A stretch of DNA of 63,983 nucleotides, the filler included, from Trypethelium eluteriae (taxonomy: Eukaryota), in assembly GCA_051942245.1 (NCBI GenBank). It is 3 parts of 3 records of this genome, joined end to end, with 100 filler letters (N's around TTAATTAATTAA, not from the genome) between each part and the next. Parts side by side here need not be neighbours in the genome. Positions count along the whole stretch, not along the records: positions 44,119 to 63,983 come from JAVECL010000512.1; 2 more parts are not named here. One strand, given 5' to 3'. Within the stretch, counting starts at the first letter, position 1, and each line of letters starts with the position of its first letter. Positions 58,939-63,983 of the stretch are shown here, piece by piece. The notes below the pieces were generated by a model. That model was not told where the DNA came from and did not search any database. It saw only the letters and a list, made by a program, of their open reading frames with translations. The translations under genes were made by a program, and so were the position numbers.

Positions 58939-60776
58939 ATTGAATTCCCGTGGGGATGGAAGAGAGCTCGATATGTCATGAAGCTTTTTTGAACATTAGA
59001 CTAGGTTTGCTTGAACATGATCTTGGGCATGGAAATGCGAGGGGTGAGTTGGAAGTCATGAGTAACAAGCCATTTTGGCCTATGGCGTCCTCAAGGCGGA
59101 GCAAACAGTGACATTTAATCATGTCCTGGCCCTCAGGCAAACTTTGGCCCAAGACAGCCTGCAGACATTGGATAGAGCCTTACCGCCTGAGGCACGTAAC
59201 CGCAGGAAGGTGGGAGCTCTCAGCTCAAATGACCAGGCATTTTGAGGATACCAAGTATGAGATCGTTGGTAGCCTAAAGAGCGATGCATTAGCAGGCTTG
59301 ATCTGGGAGCGTCTCATGCGAATGGTAAACGATCCTTGAAGCCACCTGCAGGCGGTCAGACTGCATGCAATAAGCATCCTATGACGAGATGAAGCTAAGA
59401 ACACAAGGAGATAAGCGGGGAGAGTAGGACTGGCTGATGGTGGGCAGTGGTTGGGGCTTGCCCCTCGTCGTACGATCGGGCATAGAAAACGATCAACGAG
59501 CTCCGTGTAGTGGAAGAGATGACCCCATGCCACCCCATGGGGTTCTCCGCTCGGTAGGATTTCCCCGGAGACATGCCTTCCCCAACCTAAGCCATCATGG
59601 CCAATCATAAGAAGATATTGAGAATGAGAGAAAGAAGGTCGGTGAGGAAACTCGTGAGTGAGATCTTCTTACCTTAGGGGCATGTCGCCTAAATGACGCT
59701 GCTACGTAGCTTAGGTACCTCATACTTTGAGTTCGAAGTTCCGTTAGGTAGCCACGGCCCGCTCACTCGCTCCGTCCCGCTAATTGCTCTTACTCCTGTC
59801 CCAAGCAAGTCAGCTTGTCAACATTCAGAATTAATCTTCAGCGCCCAGAGCAGTGCTGAATTTCCACGGACACCAGATTCATGATGGAGTGAAATTGGAC
59901 TGAGTTGTTACCCGGTGGCCCTGGCTTCGAAGACCCCAGCCATTACATGACCACCACATTCATGACCATTACGTGTAGAACTCCTTTACTCTCTTAGTGC
60001 TGACTCATTTGTCTGGCTTGTCAATGCTTTGCTTCCGTGCATGATGAATCCGGCTCCATGACTCTGAATTTTGCGCTATGTGACACCTCCCTCGGAAGAC
60101 TTTGATGGATGGAAGCGAAATGGCTGCTGATGTTCGTCATTGTCGAGGAAGAACCGGTGGATGGCACTCTGCCTCATCGAATAAATCACTGCAAGCGATC
60201 AGAATGAGGTCCAGAATCGTCACGAAATTGCCGGAGGATCCATGCTTTTCGAATGTGGGTCATTAGATGCGCTCATTATCCACGGTGTTGTATGGAGTAC
60301 TCCGTATAGAGTAGGTTCATAACGTTATCAGACGCACTCTCCACCGTACAAGCCGGTGTCTGTGCGCTCTTATATCAAAGCAAGATTTCCCATAGACAGT
60401 TGTTGGACACCCCTTGGCGGTTCCCTGTAGGGCAGAGTACCCAGAAGGTACCGCTCCACCTGCCCAGTCCTGTTCAACCACCCCTTGCTTCAGAGTCGGC
60501 TTCATCCGTCATGGAAAAAGCCTAGCCGCTATCGGCGCCGGAGTGGCCACACTCTTGTATGGGTGCTTGCAAACGCCATTCGTTCATAGGCCCCAATGGA
60601 GGCTTTGTGATCACTCTACTAATGAACCGTGGCGGCTTCGGCCGTCTCAATCCCGTCTATCCGTCCATTTGTATCATCATGTAACTGCCCTTGGGACTTT
60701 ATAAATTCTAAGATGCCGTCGAAAGAGCGCGACCTGGATGCTGACATCTTGGAAAGGTCTGAAGATTGCACAAGCC

Positions 60777-62602
60777 ATGGAGCCCAAGATAGAGCCTTCG
60801 GAGATCACCAGAATTGAGGAAGCAAAATCTGCCACTGACCGGGATTCTGGGACGTCTCAGACACAGATTCAGTATGATGCTGCTGACGAACGTCGCGTGC
60901 GGCGCAAGCTGGATCGCCATATAATGCCACTCTTTTTCGTCCTCTGTTAGTATTAGCGTTGACGCTGGGTACATGCCTATCAAGAAGAATGCTAATGAAA
61001 ATGCACATCCAGACATGCTCGATTCCCTGGATCGCAGCAACATTGGAAACGCCGAGATAGCAGGAATGGCGAAGGATCTGCATCTAAGCGGAGGCAAATA
61101 TTCCTGGTTGTTGACCATTTTTTACATTACTTATATCATCGCCGAAGCCACACTGCTATTATGGAAAATCTTCCCACCTCATATGGTAGGCGCTTTCGTC
61201 ATCTTCGCATGGTAAGTGCCTCAATCTGCTAGACAAGGACACAACGATTAGGAAACTGAGGACTGGATTGCAGGGGCCTAGTATCCACACTTCAGGCTGC
61301 GGCGCAGAGCTGGGGAGGCATGATGGCACTCCGATTTTTGCTAGGTACCTTTGAGGCCGCCTATGCGTAAGCACGACCAACCGCCCCCCTCCCCTATGCG
61401 AGAGGAGATGTAGACTCTTAAGCTTCCGACCAATGCAAAGACGCTGATGCTGTACAGACCTGGGATCATTTATTTGCTCTCATTCTTCTACCTCAGACAT
61501 GAGATCGGCTTCCGGTGTGGTCTATTCGTGGCTGCAGCGCCTCTAGCAGCAACCTTTTCCGGTGCACTGGCATACGGCATTACCAGCGGCCACACTTCCT
61601 TAGCACCATGGCGATTACTCTTTCTCGTGGAGGGTCTGGCGACAATAGTCATGGTCCCCTTTGGGTGGTTTTTTATTCCAGACTCACCAGATAAGGCTCG
61701 CTTCTTAACCTCAGAGGAGAAGCAGATTGTCAAGGCGCGAACAGTACGACAAGTTGGTGTTGCGGAACGGACGGGCCGTGTGAGTCTCAAAGAGTTTGGA
61801 ATAGGTTTCATTGACTGGACGGCCTGGTTCAATGCGGTACGTGCTCGCCGACCAAGTCCAATATGGGCCTTGCTTGTAGGTTTGGGATCAGGAAGAGACA
61901 CCTACTAACATCAAGTTTCAGCTGATGTACTTCGGAACGAACGTCAGTTTCTCCAGTCTGCCTCTCTACCTTCCCACCATTTTGAAGGACATGGGCTATA
62001 CAAGCATCAACGCTCAAGGTCTCTCGGCTCCGCCATATTTTGCTGCCTTCCTTTTCGCTCTCGTCACAACCTACGTAGCCGACAAGACGCAGCAGCGAGG
62101 CTTGATGCTCATGGCCATCTCCGCCATTGGAGGCACTGGCTACGTGATCCTTGCAGCAGCAACAACAGTGGGCGTCCGGTACTTCGCTGTTTTCCTTGCC
62201 GCTGCGGGTGTCTTCTCCACGGTCCCAAACATCCTGGCCTGGACTCTTAGTAAGTTTTCCGGATGAATATTGCTACAGCAACACTCTTTAACCATTAGTG
62301 TAGATAATCAGGGTAATGATTCACGGCGAAGCGCCGGCTTGATCCTAATTGGGGCTGTAGGTCAATGTGGGCCTCTTCTTGGAACGCAACTGTATCCAAC
62401 GAATGAAGCGCCACGATACATTAAAGGGATGAGTGTTTGTGCCGCATTCATGTTCTTCATAACAATAATGGCTTTTTGCTTACGTACGCTGCTTGTATGG
62501 CGGAACCGCAAACTCGACCAGAAGTACGGTCGCCCAATTGTAGACGACAAATCGGCTGTCGGGGTAGAGGACTACGGGCCAAACTTTCGTTACGTTCTGT
62601 AA
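60777..62602 (+). CDS. MFS anion:cation symporter (DAL5/TNA1-like permease), about 5 introns
   Basis: RRKLDRHIMP...LDRSNIGNAEIAG, RFLLGTFEA, PWRLLFLVEGLAT, FFIPDSP, C-terminal PNFRYVL. The in-frame ATG at 60738 is an alternative start. Confidence 0.88.
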
Positions 62603-63521
62603 TTCATCGCTGTACCACCGTTGTACGAAGGATTTCGATTAAAGATAGTAGACATTTGGACCTATAACCCGCTCACAGGCACCTTGTCTCCGACTACTTA
62701 TTTCTAAGCAAATCCAATATCTATGCATCGATCGGGACGACTGAGTTTTGGTGAATTCAACTTATATTGGTGAAATTCGTTGATGGGAGCGGGAGGAGTC
62801 GAGTCTCTTGCTTGCCCAATTCGTGCCAGTAGACCTCTATTTGTGAAAAAGTCTCGAGAGATATTCCGCCTGGAAGGGAAACCGCTTGCGAGACTTTTTC
62901 GTCACTGTGTAAAAAGCCTCAAACCCTTTTTGGACTAGGTAGGAGACCTTCAACGATGCTTTTAATGCTTGTTCCACGGATGTGTTTCATAATCGGGAGC
63001 CAGATAGTAGTGCTAGGCCGAGCAGACCATGACAGGTATCAGATGGCTAAGGAGATTAGGGAAGGAAATGTAGAATGATTGCTCGCACTGTTCAAACCTC
63101 GAGAACGAAGTACTGGTAGTCCTAGCGTTTGTTTACTTTGAGATCAAAACCGGAGAAAAGGGTGGATAGCACGGATGGTTAGTTCCAATAGAGCTGGAGC
63201 TAGGTACATAGATAGAGGCCTGTGGTCTGTGCACCCGTCGCTCCTGCCTCACGACTCTATGCGGGAGGTAAAAGTTTCGAGATACTTCACTTCCGCAAGG
63301 TCCACGTCCACATCACACACGCGAGCGCGACCGAAGACTGCAAGATCTAAGCCTTGAAGCTCGATTCTAGCCTTTCTACCCTCCATTCAGTACTTTATGT
63401 CCTTGCAGGTACTGGTGCAACTCCAGTACTGAAGCAACTACTATCTACAGCATATCTCTTTCAAGACTTGAAGCCTTTCACCTTCTGATACCGCAACCCA
63501 TAGCCTTCGAATACTGCAATC

Positions 63522-63983
63522 ATGGTATGCACCACTCCAGTTCCGCACAATCTCCTAAGCACTCACTAACAACCCTCATCCTCCAGGCCCGCAACAGCGA
63601 AAAAGCGCAATCGATGCTCTTCCGCTTCCGCGCCGCGCAAGCCGCCTCACTCGGCATCCTCGACGCCGGCCGCACACGCCGTCCCAAATCCATCACCGCA
63701 CAGTCCTCGATCCCCGTGTGCGAGAAATGGCGAGGCCAGGTGCTAAAGGAGATCTCGCGCAAAGTGACCAAGATCCAGGACGCCAGCCTCAGCGACTACC
63801 AGCTGCGCGACCTCAACGACGAGATCAACAAGCTGATGCGCGAGAAGCACATGTGGGAGGTGCAGATCCGGCAGCTGGGTGGCCCGAATTACATGCGTGC
63901 GGGACGCACGCTGGATGCAGACGGGAAGGAGATTCCGGGGGGTGGGAAGGGGTATCGGTATTTTGGGCGGGCGAAGGAGTTGC
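63522..63983 (+). CDS. ISY1: Pre-mRNA splicing factor Isy1 (5' part; runs off the window)
   Basis: ATG|intron|ARNSEKAQSMLFRFR...CEKWRGQVLKEISRKVTKIQD..LSDYQLRDLNDEINKLMREK..WE...GGPNY...GYRYFGRAKEL. Confidence 0.95.

Noticed and set aside
46810..62602. Zn2Cys6 factor, PTH11-like protein and MFS as a secondary-metabolite cluster
   Set aside because: No backbone enzyme (PKS/NRPS/terpene synthase), and housekeeping genes are interspersed.

Overview
Eukaryotic (filamentous ascomycete, most likely Dothideomycete-type) genomic DNA with short spliceosomal introns (GT..CTRAC..YAG). Most of the window is conserved housekeeping genes: RIM1, RPT2, cyclin H/CCL1, SEC5, IDH2, SEC62, an O-GlcNAc transferase, MET8, PEP7/VAC1, CCT8 and the start of ISY1. 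It also holds two DAL5/TNA1-type MFS permeases, a Zn2Cys6 factor, a PTH11-like membrane protein and a large helical-repeat protein. Between the first MFS gene and SEC5 (about 7.5-23.9 kb) lies an accessory-looking island. It contains three co-oriented, highly diverged orphan genes that share an unnamed ~140-aa domain (D-x2-GN...G-x2-L...GQP[VI][LI]P-x2-I...W-x4-P-x5-D-x3-R...RWR-x3-GGL...VW), an opposed frameshifted HET-domain gene, AT-rich inverted-repeat relics, a tRNA-Tyr fragment and two arrays of helically phased CTCA motifs. Across the window there are also recurrent GC-rich patches that switch from C-rich to G-rich. Two N-runs carrying TTAATTAATTAA are assembly linkers. Gene models were built by eye and no database searches were run.
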